A stretch of DNA of 64,000 bases from Bacilli bacterium (GCA_017435485.1 JAFSEY010000011.1:3442-67441); one strand, 5' to 3'. Shown: positions 10,141 through 20,819, numbered from the stretch's first letter. The notes: generated from the letters alone by a model not told the origin. Program-made: numbers and translations.

Positions 10141-11205
10141 ATGTTTGAAAGATTAGAAAATATAAAAGCAAAATATGAAGAAGTAAGCGAATTATTAACC
10201 AATCCTGAAATAATGAGCGATTTTAATAAATTAAAAGACTTATCAAAAGAACAAAGTGATTTAAAAGTTACTGTTGATAAATACGCTGAATATCAAAAAA
10301 TAGAAGATGATTTAGCTCAAGCGAAAGAAATGCTAAATGATAGCGAATTAAAAGAATTTGCTGAAGAAGAAATGGCTAGATTAACTGAAGAAAAAGAGAA
10401 AGTTTATGGCGAGCTTGAAATCTTATTAGTTCCTAAGGATGAAAATGATGGCAAAAACGTTATTATGGAAATAAGAGGCGCTGCCGGTGGAGATGAAGCA
10501 AATATCTTTGCAGGAGATCTATTTAGAATGTATACTTACTATGCCGAAAAAAATGGTTGGAAAATTGAAGTTATCAACACCATTGAAGGAACTAGCGGAG
10601 GATTTTCTCAAGCCGAATTTATGATCAAAGGTGATAACGTATACTCTAAGTTAAAATACGAAAGCGGTTCTCATCGTGTTCAAAGAGTTCCTGTTACAGA
10701 AACCCAAGGACGAGTACATACCTCTACTGCAACAGTTTTAGTAATGCCAGAAGTAGAAACAGTCAATATTGATGTTAAAGAAAGCGATATTAAAATGGAT
10801 GTTTACCATAGTAGTGGAGCAGGTGGACAATCCGTAAATACATCAAACTCAGCAGTAAGACTAACTCACATTCCAACTGGAGTAGTTGTAACCTGCCAGA
10901 CTGAAAGAAGTCAACTAAAAAATAGAGAAAGAGCTCTTAACTTATTAAAAATTAAGATAAAAGATGAACAAGAAAGACAACAAGCGGAAGCATTAGGTTC
11001 AGAACGTAAAACTAAAATCGGATCAGGAGATAGATCTGAAAAAATTAGAACATATAATTATCCGCAAAATCGTGTTACAGATCATCGAATCAACTTTTCT
11101 ATAATGAGTTTAGATAAAGTAATGGATGGAAACCTAGATCCAGTAATAGAAGCACTAATTACCGAAGACTTAAAACGTAAATTAGCGGGAGAATCTTTTG
11201 AATAA
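10141..11205 (+). CDS. prfA: Peptide chain release factor 1
   Basis: GGDEA, HRVQRVPVTE (PxT), GAGGQ, RSEKIRTYNYPQNR. Confidence 0.97.
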   Translation: MFERLENIKAKYEEVSELLTNPEIMSDFNKLKDLSKEQSDLKVTVDKYAEYQKIEDDLAQAKEMLNDSELKEFAEEEMARLTEEKEKVYGELEILLVPKDENDGKNVIMEIRGAAGGDEANIFAGDLFRMYTYYAEKNGWKIEVINTIEGTSGGFSQAEFMIKGDNVYSKLKYESGSHRVQRVPVTETQGRVHTSTATVLVMPEVETVNIDVKESDIKMDVYHSSGAGGQSVNTSNSAVRLTHIPTGVVVTCQTERSQLKNRERALNLLKIKIKDEQERQQAEALGSERKTKIGSGDRSEKIRTYNYPQNRVTDHRINFSIMSLDKVMDGNLDPVIEALITEDLKRKLAGESFE

Positions 11206-11926
11206 ACCAGATTATATTAGCTATCCAGATTGGAGAATCTTAAAAGAAAAGTATTCAGAAAAAAAATTAGCCAAATATTTCGCTAAGAATTATCCGTATC
11301 AATATTTAATAGGAAATGTGGAATTTTATGGCTACCCCATAATTGTTAACAAAAAGGTCTTAATTCCAAGATGGGAAACTGAAGATTTAGTTGATAGAAT
11401 TATCAAAAAAATAAAAAAAGCTCATTTAAAAATTAATAAAGCTATTGATATTTGCACAGGAAGTGGATGTATTGCTGTTGCTTTAGCTAAAGAGCTAAGC
11501 ATTTCAATATCAGCTGTTGATAAAAGCACTAAAGCATTAAAAGTAGCCAAAAAAAATGCTAAATTGAATAATACACCAGTAACATTTAAAAAGATGGATG
11601 TATTAAAAGAAGATTTTAATGATAAATACAATCTTATTGTTTGTAATCCGCCATATATTTCATATGATGAAGAAGTAGGTAAAGAGACTAAATATGAACC
11701 GCAAAAAGCTTTGTTTGCTGAAAATAATGGATTAGAGTTTTACGAACACCTTTTAAAAACGCTACCCAATCATGTTGAAGATAAATATTTAATAGCATTT
11801 GAAATTGGCATGAATCAAAAACCACAATTAAACCAATTAGCAAAAAAATATTTCCCAAAAGCTAAAATAACTTTTGAAAAAGATCTAAATAATCGAGAAA
11901 GATTTCTTTTTATTAAAAATGTTTGA
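11198..11926 (+). CDS. prmC: Release factor glutamine methyltransferase PrmC/HemK
   Basis: LIPRWETE, DICTGSGCIA, NPPY; follows prfA. Confidence 0.93.
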   Translation: MNKPDYISYPDWRILKEKYSEKKLAKYFAKNYPYQYLIGNVEFYGYPIIVNKKVLIPRWETEDLVDRIIKKIKKAHLKINKAIDICTGSGCIAVALAKELSISISAVDKSTKALKVAKKNAKLNNTPVTFKKMDVLKEDFNDKYNLIVCNPPYISYDEEVGKETKYEPQKALFAENNGLEFYEHLLKTLPNHVEDKYLIAFEIGMNQKPQLNQLAKKYFPKAKITFEKDLNNRERFLFIKNV

Positions 11927-11969
11927 ATAAAAACATTTTTTATTTGTCATTATTTATTTGGTGATAAAG

Positions 11970-12479
11970 ATGAAAAAAATAATAATTGGGTTATTTATTT
12001 TAACTATAGTTATAAACATTTTTAAAAAAAAGGAAGAGTTTTTAATTCCCGATGAAGCATTAAGGTTTAGAGTTATTGCTAATAGTAATTCCTTAGAGGA
12101 TCAACTTTTAAAAAGTAAAGTAAAAAATAATGTAGAAACAGAAATTTTCAAGTTATTAAATGAAGTTAATAGCTATTCAGATGCTAGAACAATTTTAGAA
12201 AATAATACAGATTTAATTAATGAGAAAGTTTCTCAATATACAATGAATTATCAAATAAATATTGGAAAAAATTATTTTCCAGAAAAAGAGTATAAAGGAG
12301 TAAAATATGAAGCTGGTGAATATGATTCTTTGGTAATAACTTTAGGTAGTGGTATTGGAAATAACTGGTGGTGTGTCTTATTTCCTCCTTTATGTATGAT
12401 CGACGAACAAGAAACCAGTATAGAAGAATATAACTATCAATTATATATTTCCAAACTATTTCAAGATATTAAGTATTAA
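11970..12479 (+). CDS. spoIIR: Stage II sporulation protein R
   Basis: RFRVIANSNS..DQ..K, FP.K.Y, G.G.NWWCVLFPPLC; signal peptide; conserved position after prmC. Confidence 0.92.
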   Translation: MKKIIIGLFILTIVINIFKKKEEFLIPDEALRFRVIANSNSLEDQLLKSKVKNNVETEIFKLLNEVNSYSDARTILENNTDLINEKVSQYTMNYQINIGKNYFPEKEYKGVKYEAGEYDSLVITLGSGIGNNWWCVLFPPLCMIDEQETSIEEYNYQLYISKLFQDIKY

Positions 12480-12516
12480 TCACTAATAAAATAATATAAT
12501 TTATTGGTGATTTATT

Positions 12517-13044
12517 TTGTCTTTAATATTTTCAATAGCAGTTGCTTTAAGTTTAGATGCTTTCTCTGTTTCTTTATCCTTAGGAACGTTTGAAAAAAAT
12601 TATAAAAATTATTTAAAGTTTGCTTTAACCGTAGGAATATTTCATTTTATCATGCCATTTCTTGGTTCCTTTACTAATCATCTGCTACTAAGGAACTTGG
12701 TTATAAATGGAAATAAATTAATGGGCTTAATATTAATAGTGTTAGCAATTCAAATGCTAATTGAACTAATTAGAAATAAAGAAGAAGTCTTTAAGCTAGA
12801 CTTTAAAGAAATGTTACTTCTTGCTTTAAGTGTTAGCTTAGATAGTTATTTTACTGGTATCGGATTAAAATCAATTACGAACAATTTATTATTATCATTT
12901 ATTATTTTTTCGGTAGTCAGCAGCATTTTTACCTTTATGGGCTGCGTGCTAGGCAAATTTGGTAAAAAATACTTAGGACATTATGCCAATGGTCTGGCAA
13001 TCTTACTTTTATTAATCTTAGGTGTCAAGTATCTCCTATTCTAA
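12517..13044 (+). CDS. MntP/YtaF-family membrane protein (putative manganese efflux)
   Basis: Two repeats of ALSLDAF / SVSLDSY, FHFIMP, multiple TM helices; occupies the ywlD position of Bacillus. Confidence 0.8.
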   Translation: MSLIFSIAVALSLDAFSVSLSLGTFEKNYKNYLKFALTVGIFHFIMPFLGSFTNHLLLRNLVINGNKLMGLILIVLAIQMLIELIRNKEEVFKLDFKEMLLLALSVSLDSYFTGIGLKSITNNLLLSFIIFSVVSSIFTFMGCVLGKFGKKYLGHYANGLAILLLLILGVKYLLF

Positions 13045-13156
13045 TTGACAATTTCAATAATTAACGATAAATTAATAGTGGATAGTTATATTAATTAGTA
13101 ACAAATGTCTAGTATTTAACATAAATAATAGTAGAAATATAAAAGGTAGTGATTGA

Positions 13157-14416
13157 GTGAAAAAAATCGTTATTGAAGGAAATAAGGAGTTAACTGGAAC
13201 AATTAATATTTGTGGCGCTAAAAATAGTGCAGTAGCATTAATTCCCGCTGCTATACTTTGTGATGAAGAAGTAAAAATATATAACGTTCCTAATATATCC
13301 GATCGAGATGCTTTACTAAATATTTTAGATCATCTTAATTGTAAAACAGAACTTATTGATGATTATTTGCGAATTAATTTAGAAGGTTTAGAAAATAAAT
13401 TAATACCAGAAGATCTAAGTAATAAATTAAGAGCATCATATTATTTTATGGGAGCATTATTAAGTAAATATAAATTTGTTGAAATGTATTTTCCGGGCGG
13501 ATGTAACATTGGAGCAAGACCAATAAACTTACATTTAAAAGGATTTGAAATGCTTGGGGCCAAAGTTACTATTGATGGAAATAAATATACAATCTCCGCA
13601 GAAGAATTAAAAGGAGCTAGAATCTATTTAGATATCGCCAGTGTAGGTGCAACAATTAATTTAATGCTAGCGGCCGTAAAAGCCAAAGGAACAACTATTA
13701 TTAGTAATGCTGCAAGAGAACCCGAAATAACTAATGTTGCAACATTTTTGAATAATATGGGTGCTAAAATAACTGGTGTAGGAACTAGTGAAATTAAAAT
13801 TGAAGGAGTAGAACATTTACATAAGGCCATAATTGATGTTATTCCTGACCGTATTGAAGCGGGAACCTATGCTATAATCGGAGCTGCTTTAGGACGTGAT
13901 TTAGTTATTAATAATATTATTGAAGAACATTTGGAAGCCCTATTAAGTAAATTAAAAGATATGGGCGTTTCCATTAAAAGCGAAAAAGGCAAGTTAATTA
14001 TTAATAAAGCCGAAAATTTAAAACCAATCAATATCAAAACTTTAGTATTTCCAGGATTTCCAACTGATTTGGGTCAACCGATTACAACACTGCTTACACA
14101 AGCCCAAGGCATGAGTCTATTTGAAGAAACTATTTATGAAAATCGTTTTGGGCACATTAAATATTTAAATAAAATGGGAGCAAATATCAATGTTAATACG
14201 GCTTCGTCAACAGCTATAATAATGGGACCAGCTAAGTTAAAAGGACGCGATGTTGTAGCTACAGATTTAAGAGCAGGAGCTGCCATGGTAATAGCGGGAT
14301 TAATTGCCGAAGGAACAACGAAAATAGATGAAATAAAACATATCTTAAGGGGATATGAAAATATCATTGAAAAACTTCAGGCAGTAGGTGCTAATATCAG
14401 AATTGAAGAAATATAA
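13157..14416 (+). CDS. murA: UDP-N-acetylglucosamine 1-carboxyvinyltransferase
   Basis: GAKNS, LRAS, PGGCNIGARP (catalytic Cys), PGFPTD, DLRAGA. Confidence 0.96.
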   Translation: MKKIVIEGNKELTGTINICGAKNSAVALIPAAILCDEEVKIYNVPNISDRDALLNILDHLNCKTELIDDYLRINLEGLENKLIPEDLSNKLRASYYFMGALLSKYKFVEMYFPGGCNIGARPINLHLKGFEMLGAKVTIDGNKYTISAEELKGARIYLDIASVGATINLMLAAVKAKGTTIISNAAREPEITNVATFLNNMGAKITGVGTSEIKIEGVEHLHKAIIDVIPDRIEAGTYAIIGAALGRDLVINNIIEEHLEALLSKLKDMGVSIKSEKGKLIINKAENLKPINIKTLVFPGFPTDLGQPITTLLTQAQGMSLFEETIYENRFGHIKYLNKMGANINVNTASSTAIIMGPAKLKGRDVVATDLRAGAAMVIAGLIAEGTTKIDEIKHILRGYENIIEKLQAVGANIRIEEI

Positions 14417-14439
14417 TGTAGAGAAATCTACATTTTTTT
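14415..14439 (+). terminator. Intrinsic terminator after murA
   Basis: AATGTAGA-GAAA-TCTACATT plus T-run. Confidence 0.75.
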
Positions 14440-14452
14440 ATTGGGGGATTAG

Positions 14453-15103
14453 ATGAAAAAAGTTATTAGTGTTTTTATAATGGCCATTGTTTTATGCATA
14501 TTTACCTACAACATAACAAAGAATCCAAAGAAAAACATCTTAGCACTAGGTGATGGATTATGTTTAGCTAATTCGATTTATGACGTCGAAAGTCATAGTT
14601 ATAATCACTATATAAAAGATTATTATTATGAAAAAAAATTATTAAATAATTTTAATGATGAATTTTGCAAAACTAATTTGAGTGTAAGAGAATTAAATGC
14701 TCTAATTTTAGAAAATAAACAAATTAATAATCAAAGCATTCAATATCTGTTAGATAATGCTGACGTGCTAACTTTAGCAATTGGATTTGATGAATTAAAA
14801 TCCTATGCTAAATTAACTAATCAAATAAAAAAAGATTTTTTAAATGACTATGCGATATTAATAAGTAATATTATGGATATGACTAATGCTAAGATCTTAG
14901 TAATTGGTTATTATCCTAATTATTTTAAAGATGCTCTAGAAATTAGCAAAAAAATTCAAGCAATCGTTGTAACTAGAAACTTAGACTTTATAAATATAGA
15001 AGATGTTTCTAAAAATAAAGAATTCTTTTATGATATAAAACAAAGTAATTTGAATATTAAAGGTCATAAACAAATTTTTAATAAAATAGAAGACTATTTA
15101 TAA
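14453..15103 (+). CDS. SGNH/GDSL-fold exported protein, apparently lacking catalytic residues
   Basis: N-terminal TM/signal; block I LALGDGL, block III-like IGFDEL, block V-like NLNIKGH. Confidence 0.6.
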   Translation: MKKVISVFIMAIVLCIFTYNITKNPKKNILALGDGLCLANSIYDVESHSYNHYIKDYYYEKKLLNNFNDEFCKTNLSVRELNALILENKQINNQSIQYLLDNADVLTLAIGFDELKSYAKLTNQIKKDFLNDYAILISNIMDMTNAKILVIGYYPNYFKDALEISKKIQAIVVTRNLDFINIEDVSKNKEFFYDIKQSNLNIKGHKQIFNKIEDYL

Positions 15104-15113
15104 GGATTTAACA

Positions 15114-15142
15114 TTGTAAACCTTGACTTTTTATTGTATACT
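15114..15142 (+). promoter_or_regulatory. sigmaA-type promoter of essC
   Basis: TTGTAA-N17-TATACT; RBS AAGGAGGT before ATG 15171. Confidence 0.55.
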
Positions 15143-15170
15143 ATTATAAAGAGTAAAAGGAGGTGCATAT

Positions 15171-18100
15171 ATGTTAATTACAATTATTAAAAACAACAAA
15201 ATACGTCCTTTCTTTTTACCCGCTAAAGTTTATGGTAACTACTGGATAACTGATGAAAACAAACAAAATCTTATAAATATAGAAGCATCAAATGACACTT
15301 GGGTTTTACGTAGTAATGATGATGTTAAAATAGTTAACAAAGACATGTATCTAGATTCTGTTTTCTTATTAAACTATAGTTATTGTTTCTTAAAATCTTT
15401 AAAAAATAATGAAACTTTTATTATTTATTGCTCACCCACATATGATGAAAATGTTATTAATTTAAGCGTATCTAATAATACAGAAATAACTATCGGGAAA
15501 TCAATTTCTTCTAGTATTATTTATGAAAATACAAATATAGCCGATAATCATTGTAAACTATCATTCATAAATAATACTTGGGAATTTAAATTGCTTGATT
15601 CAAAGCTATCATTTATAAATAATAACGTTGCCCAAGATAGCAGATTACATGTAGGTGACTCAATTTTTATTATGGGATTAAAAATCATAATCGGAACTGA
15701 TTATATAATAATAAACAATCCAGACAATAAAGTTAAATATAATCCTTCGTATTTACAAGAAAAACAAATCACTAACACAATTCCCGATGAAATTGATGAA
15801 TTAGATGATGAAACTGTTGTTGAAATGTATCAAGAGGGAGACTATTTTTTAAGAGCACCGCGTTTTAAATCAAAGATTGAACCAGAAAAGATTTTAATAG
15901 ATCCACCTCCTGGGGCAGAAAATATGCAAGAAATGCCTCTTATATATCAAATTGGTCCAATGATTACAATGGGAATGACTTCAATGGTGACTGTGGCTAC
16001 TACAATAACTAATCTAGTTATAAACAACAAACCTCTTACTAGTGCCATACCAAGTCTGCTTATTGCTATAGCGATGTTAATGTCAATTGTATTGTGGCCA
16101 TCTCTTACAAGAAGATATAATAAAAAACAAAAGAAAAAAAGAGAAGAAAAAATAAAAAGCAAATATAAAGCCTATTTAGAAACAAAGAAAAAAGCTATTA
16201 GCGAAGCGCTCGTTAAACAAAAACAAATTATGATTGAAAACAATATTTCTTTAGAAGAATGCCAAAATATAATTAATGCCAAGAAAAGAAATTTATGGGA
16301 AAGAGAAATAGAAGATGAGGATTTTCTTACTGTCCGTATTGGTGTTGGTTCAGCCAACCCAGATTTAGAAATCAAAGCTCCTGAAGAACACTTTACTTTA
16401 GAAGATGATGAGCTTAATTTAATCGTTCAAAGTATAGTTAATAGTTCTAAGACAATTGAAAATGTTCCTATAAATATTTCTTTAACCGAAAAAAACATTA
16501 TAGCTACTGTTGGGGCTGAACAAGTAAATAAAACTTTTATTGATGGACTTATCTTACAACTAGTAACTTTCCATAGTTATGATGAATTAAAAATAGTTTT
16601 ATTCACTAAAGAAGAGAATGTTGAAAAATGGAGTTATTTAAAAACAATGCCTCATTGTTGGGATGACTTAAAATCAATAAGATTTTTTGCTAGCAATGCA
16701 GAAGATATGAAACAAGTTTCTGCCTATTTGGAAAAAATATTTTATGATCGCAAATATATTGATGAAAAAGAAAGTAATTTAAATTATCGTAGCTTTAGAC
16801 CATATTATATAATCATCACAGATAACTTAAAAGTTGCTCGTAATATTGAAATTGTTAAAAAAATATTAAATCAAAAAGTAAATATTGGTTTTAGTTTATT
16901 AATCAAAAACGATCGTTTAACTAACTTACCAGGAGAATGTTCGACGTTCTTAAATATTGACATTAATGGTTCAGGTTTGTTTGAAAATGAACTAGTTTCA
17001 ACAAAACAAAAAAGTTTTGTGGCGGATATTAATTATAATCTTAATTTGAATCAGATTTCTCAAACATTAGCTAATATTCCATTAGAAATAAGAAGCCCTG
17101 ATGGAGCGTTACCTGAAGTGGTATCATTCTTACAAATGTATAATATCGGTAAAGTAGATCAATTAAATACTTTAAATCGTTGGAAATCTAATAATCCTAC
17201 AATAAGTTTACAAGTTCCTGTAGGAATAGATGAAAGTGGCGAGTTATTTAATCTAGACTTGCATGAAAAAGTTCATGGACCACACGGGCTTATTGCGGGT
17301 ATGACTGGTTCCGGAAAAAGTGAATTTATTATAACGTATATCTTATCATTAGCGGTAAACTTCCATCCCGATGAAATTCAATTTGTTCTAATCGACTATA
17401 AAGGAGGCGGGTTAGCAGGGGCTTTTGAAAATAAAGAAACTGGCATTAAGTTGCCACACTTAGCAGGAACAATTACCAACTTAGATACAATTGAAATGAA
17501 TAGATCTTTAGCATCTATTCAAAGTGAACTTCGCCGAAGACAAAGGTTATTTAATGAAGCCAGAGATTCCTTAAATGAAAGCACCATTGATATTTATAAG
17601 TATCAAAAGTTATATCGCGATGGAATGGTAAAAAAACCAATTTCTCATTTGTTTATTATTTCTGACGAATTTGCGGAATTAAAAGCTCAACAACCAGAAT
17701 TTATGAGCCAACTTATTAGTACAGCTCGTATTGGGCGTAGTTTAGGAGTGCATTTGATCCTAGCAACACAAAAGCCAGCTGGTGTAGTAGATGATCAAAT
17801 ATGGTCCAACTCAAAGTTCAGAGTTTGTTTAAAAGTTCAAGACAAATCAGATAGTATGGATATGATTAAATGTCCAGATGCTGCAACATTAAAAAGAACA
17901 GGAAGGTTTTACTTACAAGTTGGTTATAATGAATTTTTTGCTTTAGGACAATCAGCTTGGTGCGGAGCCCAATATTACCCATCTGACAAAGTAAAGAAAA
18001 AAGTTGACAATTCAATTGGATTTATTAATGGAATTGGTCAAATATTTAAAAGTGTTGAAGATGTCAAAAAAAATGTATTAGTAGCATCTAAAGGTGAAGA

Positions 18101-19796
18101 ATTGCCAAATATTATGAAATATTTAGTAAATATTGCCAAAGAAGAAAATATTTCAACACCACAATTATGGTTAGATAGAATTCCTGATTATATTTATGTT
18201 GAAAATTTAAAGAAAAAGTACCGTTATCAACCAACACCATATATAATGCAACCGATTATTGGAGAATATGATGATCCAAATAATCAAAGGCAAGCTTTAC
18301 TAACCATCCCTCTTACCCAAGATGGAAATCTAATTATTTACGGAGCGGCTGGAAGTGGAAAAGAACAAATGCTTACAACTATTATTTATTCTTTGATTGT
18401 TGACCATAGTGTTGCTGAGGTAAATATTTATGCTTTAGATTTTGGCGCAGAGACTTTAAAAGTCTTTACTAAAGCTCCTCATGTCGGAGATATCTTATAT
18501 TTAGGCGATGAAGAAAAAATAGTTAATTTAATTAAGATGTTACAAGAAACAATTGAAAAACGTAAAAAACTATTTGTTGATTATAATGGTAGTTATACAT
18601 CTTATTGTAAGCATAGCGGTAAGACATTGCCAAATATAATAGTTATTATGAATAATTATGAAGTATTCTCTGAATCATATTATGATTATGAAGATATGAT
18701 ATTACAATTAAGCCGCGATGGTTTAAAATATGGAATTATCTTTATTTTAACAACAAGCGGCACCAATACAGTTAAATATCGCTTAAGACAAAACTTCAAA
18801 CAAGAGTTAGTATTACAAATGAATGATAATAGTGATTATATATCAATATTAGGAAATACAAATAAAGTATATCCATCTAAAGCTAAAGGTAGAGGTTTAG
18901 TAAAATATGATAATGTTTATGAATTTCAAACCGCTTACCCATATAAAGAAAGTGAACAAGTTGAATACATTAAGCAGATTGTTACTAAATTAACAGAAGC
19001 TTATCCAACTAAAGCTAAATCAGTACCAATTTTACCAGATAAAGTAACTTTAGACTTTGTAAAAGACTATTTGGTAGATTTAGTAAGTATTCCAATCGGA
19101 GTTCAAAAAGGAAATCTTGAGGTTGAAAGTTTTGATTTTAAAAGTAAGTATGCAACGTTAATTACTGGAAATGAAATGGATTTTTACAAACCGTTTGCTA
19201 ATGCCTTGATTATGGAATTTTATAATCTAAATAAATCTTCATTATATGTTTTTGATACAATGGATTTCGTAAAGACAGAAGTTTCTAAAAAAGTTGGTTC
19301 ACTAAATAGTGGGTTTGATGAAACTACGATTAAAATAATTGATTATATAGAAGAATGCCACAAAATATATGTCGATAATAATTATAGTAGAGATGCTCTA
19401 CATGATAAACATCCTGTTACTTGGATTATTTTCGGAGTGGCTGATTGGTTGAATCGCCTAGGGGGAGAAGCAAAAGAAAAGTTTACTAGTGTTATTGAAA
19501 AAGGAAAAGATTTAGAATTATTAAACCTAATATTTTATGATTCATTAAGCAATTTAAAGAAATTAGAATATGAAAGTTGGTATAAAACCATAATTGCTAA
19601 TAATCGTGGTATTTGGTTAGGTAATGGAATTGCTGATCAATTTACTATTAAATTGTCTCGTACTCCTCGAGAACTTCGGGAGATGGTTGATGTTAATTTT
19701 GGGTACTCAGTAAAAAATGGTATTGCAACATTAATTAAAGTAGTTGAATATCAAGAAAATGATTTGGCTTCAGAAAAGGAGGAACACCTTGAATAA
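15171..19796 (+). CDS. essC: Type VII secretion FtsK/SpoIIIE ATPase EssC (YukB)
   Basis: N-terminal FHA-like region, two TM helices, HGPHGLIAGMTGSGKSE, IDYKGGG, DEFAELK, GRSLGVHLILATQKP, second Walker A GAAGSGKE; adjacent to WXG100 genes. Confidence 0.93.
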   Translation: MLITIIKNNKIRPFFLPAKVYGNYWITDENKQNLINIEASNDTWVLRSNDDVKIVNKDMYLDSVFLLNYSYCFLKSLKNNETFIIYCSPTYDENVINLSVSNNTEITIGKSISSSIIYENTNIADNHCKLSFINNTWEFKLLDSKLSFINNNVAQDSRLHVGDSIFIMGLKIIIGTDYIIINNPDNKVKYNPSYLQEKQITNTIPDEIDELDDETVVEMYQEGDYFLRAPRFKSKIEPEKILIDPPPGAENMQEMPLIYQIGPMITMGMTSMVTVATTITNLVINNKPLTSAIPSLLIAIAMLMSIVLWPSLTRRYNKKQKKKREEKIKSKYKAYLETKKKAISEALVKQKQIMIENNISLEECQNIINAKKRNLWEREIEDEDFLTVRIGVGSANPDLEIKAPEEHFTLEDDELNLIVQSIVNSSKTIENVPINISLTEKNIIATVGAEQVNKTFIDGLILQLVTFHSYDELKIVLFTKEENVEKWSYLKTMPHCWDDLKSIRFFASNAEDMKQVSAYLEKIFYDRKYIDEKESNLNYRSFRPYYIIITDNLKVARNIEIVKKILNQKVNIGFSLLIKNDRLTNLPGECSTFLNIDINGSGLFENELVSTKQKSFVADINYNLNLNQISQTLANIPLEIRSPDGALPEVVSFLQMYNIGKVDQLNTLNRWKSNNPTISLQVPVGIDESGELFNLDLHEKVHGPHGLIAGMTGSGKSEFIITYILSLAVNFHPDEIQFVLIDYKGGGLAGAFENKETGIKLPHLAGTITNLDTIEMNRSLASIQSELRRRQRLFNEARDSLNESTIDIYKYQKLYRDGMVKKPISHLFIISDEFAELKAQQPEFMSQLISTARIGRSLGVHLILATQKPAGVVDDQIWSNSKFRVCLKVQDKSDSMDMIKCPDAATLKRTGRFYLQVGYNEFFALGQSAWCGAQYYPSDKVKKKVDNSIGFINGIGQIFKSVEDVKKNVLVASKGEELPNIMKYLVNIAKEENISTPQLWLDRIPDYIYVENLKKKYRYQPTPYIMQPIIGEYDDPNNQRQALLTIPLTQDGNLIIYGAAGSGKEQMLTTIIYSLIVDHSVAEVNIYALDFGAETLKVFTKAPHVGDILYLGDEEKIVNLIKMLQETIEKRKKLFVDYNGSYTSYCKHSGKTLPNIIVIMNNYEVFSESYYDYEDMILQLSRDGLKYGIIFILTTSGTNTVKYRLRQNFKQELVLQMNDNSDYISILGNTNKVYPSKAKGRGLVKYDNVYEFQTAYPYKESEQVEYIKQIVTKLTEAYPTKAKSVPILPDKVTLDFVKDYLVDLVSIPIGVQKGNLEVESFDFKSKYATLITGNEMDFYKPFANALIMEFYNLNKSSLYVFDTMDFVKTEVSKKVGSLNSGFDETTIKIIDYIEECHKIYVDNNYSRDALHDKHPVTWIIFGVADWLNRLGGEAKEKFTSVIEKGKDLELLNLIFYDSLSNLKKLEYESWYKTIIANNRGIWLGNGIADQFTIKLSRTPRELREMVDVNFGYSVKNGIATLIKVVEYQENDLASEKEEHLE

Positions 19797-20040
19797 ATTG
19801 TTAGTTAAAATATCATATCCGCGCATTAATCAAGAATATGAAATGTTTATTCCCATAAATAAAACAATTGCTAAGATTTTAATGTTAGTTCAAAAAGCCA
19901 TTAGTGAGATAAATGTCGATTATATTCCGATAAAAAAAGATGTAAGCCTAGTTAAGAAAAATACTGGTGAAGTATTACCAATGAATGAAATTGTTAAGAA
20001 TACCTCTATTGAACAAGGAGATGTACTGGTTATTTTGTGA
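19789..20040 (+). CDS. Ubiquitin-like T7SS protein, EsaB/YukD family
   Basis: 83 aa from TTG 19789 (RBS AAGGAGG) overlapping the essC stop; ends IEQGDVLVIL as typical of YukD-like folds. Confidence 0.7.
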   Translation: MNKLLVKISYPRINQEYEMFIPINKTIAKILMLVQKAISEINVDYIPIKKDVSLVKKNTGEVLPMNEIVKNTSIEQGDVLVIL

Positions 20041-20149
20041 TTTACACTAAATTTACAAAATAACCTTTTTTTTTGTTTATTGATAAATAAAACATGTTAT
20101 AATAAAAACGTAAGGATAGACAAAGATCCAAAATAGGGAGGTGAATTAA

Positions 20150-20446
20150 ATGAAAGGAAAAATCAGTGTAGATCCAGCTACTCTTTCTTCATATGGAAGT
20201 CATGTTAATCAATTAGGTAGTGATTATACAACGGAAATAAATGCAATATATGCAACTATAGAAGATTTAAAAAAAGGATGGACAGGAGAAGCTGCAACTA
20301 CATTCAACACAACAGTAAAAGGTTATGAACAAGAATTGAAAAAATTAGGAACTACAATTCAAGATTTAGGAACTGATTTAGGAACAATAGCAGGCATATA
20401 TACACAACAAGAACTAGAAAATGCTGAAGCTGCTGGTAAATTATAA
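20150..20446 (+). CDS. WXG100 family T7SS substrate (EsxA-like)
   Basis: 98 aa helical hairpin, central WTG, C-terminal YTQQE (YxxxD/E). Confidence 0.9.
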   Translation: MKGKISVDPATLSSYGSHVNQLGSDYTTEINAIYATIEDLKKGWTGEAATTFNTTVKGYEQELKKLGTTIQDLGTDLGTIAGIYTQQELENAEAAGKL

Positions 20447-20470
20447 GATAGAAAGGAAAATTAACTTAGA

Positions 20471-20764
20471 ATGGGAAATTTTAGTATTACTCTTGAACAA
20501 GTTGCAGAAATAGCTAAAAAACTTAAAAAGCATGCGGATAAGATGCAAAACATTTTAGAAGATGTAACTTCTAAAATTAATACAGTGCATGCTGATGTTT
20601 GGCAAAGTGCTGCTGCAACTACTCATTTAGACCAATATAATGATTTAAAATCTAAGTATCAGAGTTTTTATGACGAAATAATAAAAATTGCTAAGTTTTT
20701 AGATGATATTGTATCAGGCACAATCTCTACTGAAATTAATATTCAAAACGCTCTAAATGGATAA
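20471..20764 (+). CDS. WXG100-like protein (variant WQS motif)
   Basis: 97 aa, amphipathic helices, central VWQSAAA, tandem with a canonical WXG100. Confidence 0.8.
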   Translation: MGNFSITLEQVAEIAKKLKKHADKMQNILEDVTSKINTVHADVWQSAAATTHLDQYNDLKSKYQSFYDEIIKIAKFLDDIVSGTISTEINIQNALNG

Positions 20765-20785
20765 TAAGATAAACATTTTTATAAT

Positions 20786-20819
20786 TAAAGAAGTCGCAAA
20801 TTATTTTGCGACTTCTTTA
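20786..20819. terminator. Bidirectional terminator between the WXG100 pair and tetR
   Basis: Perfect 15-bp inverted repeat TAAAGAAGTCGCAAA-TTAT-TTTGCGACTTCTTTA between convergent genes. Confidence 0.75.
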
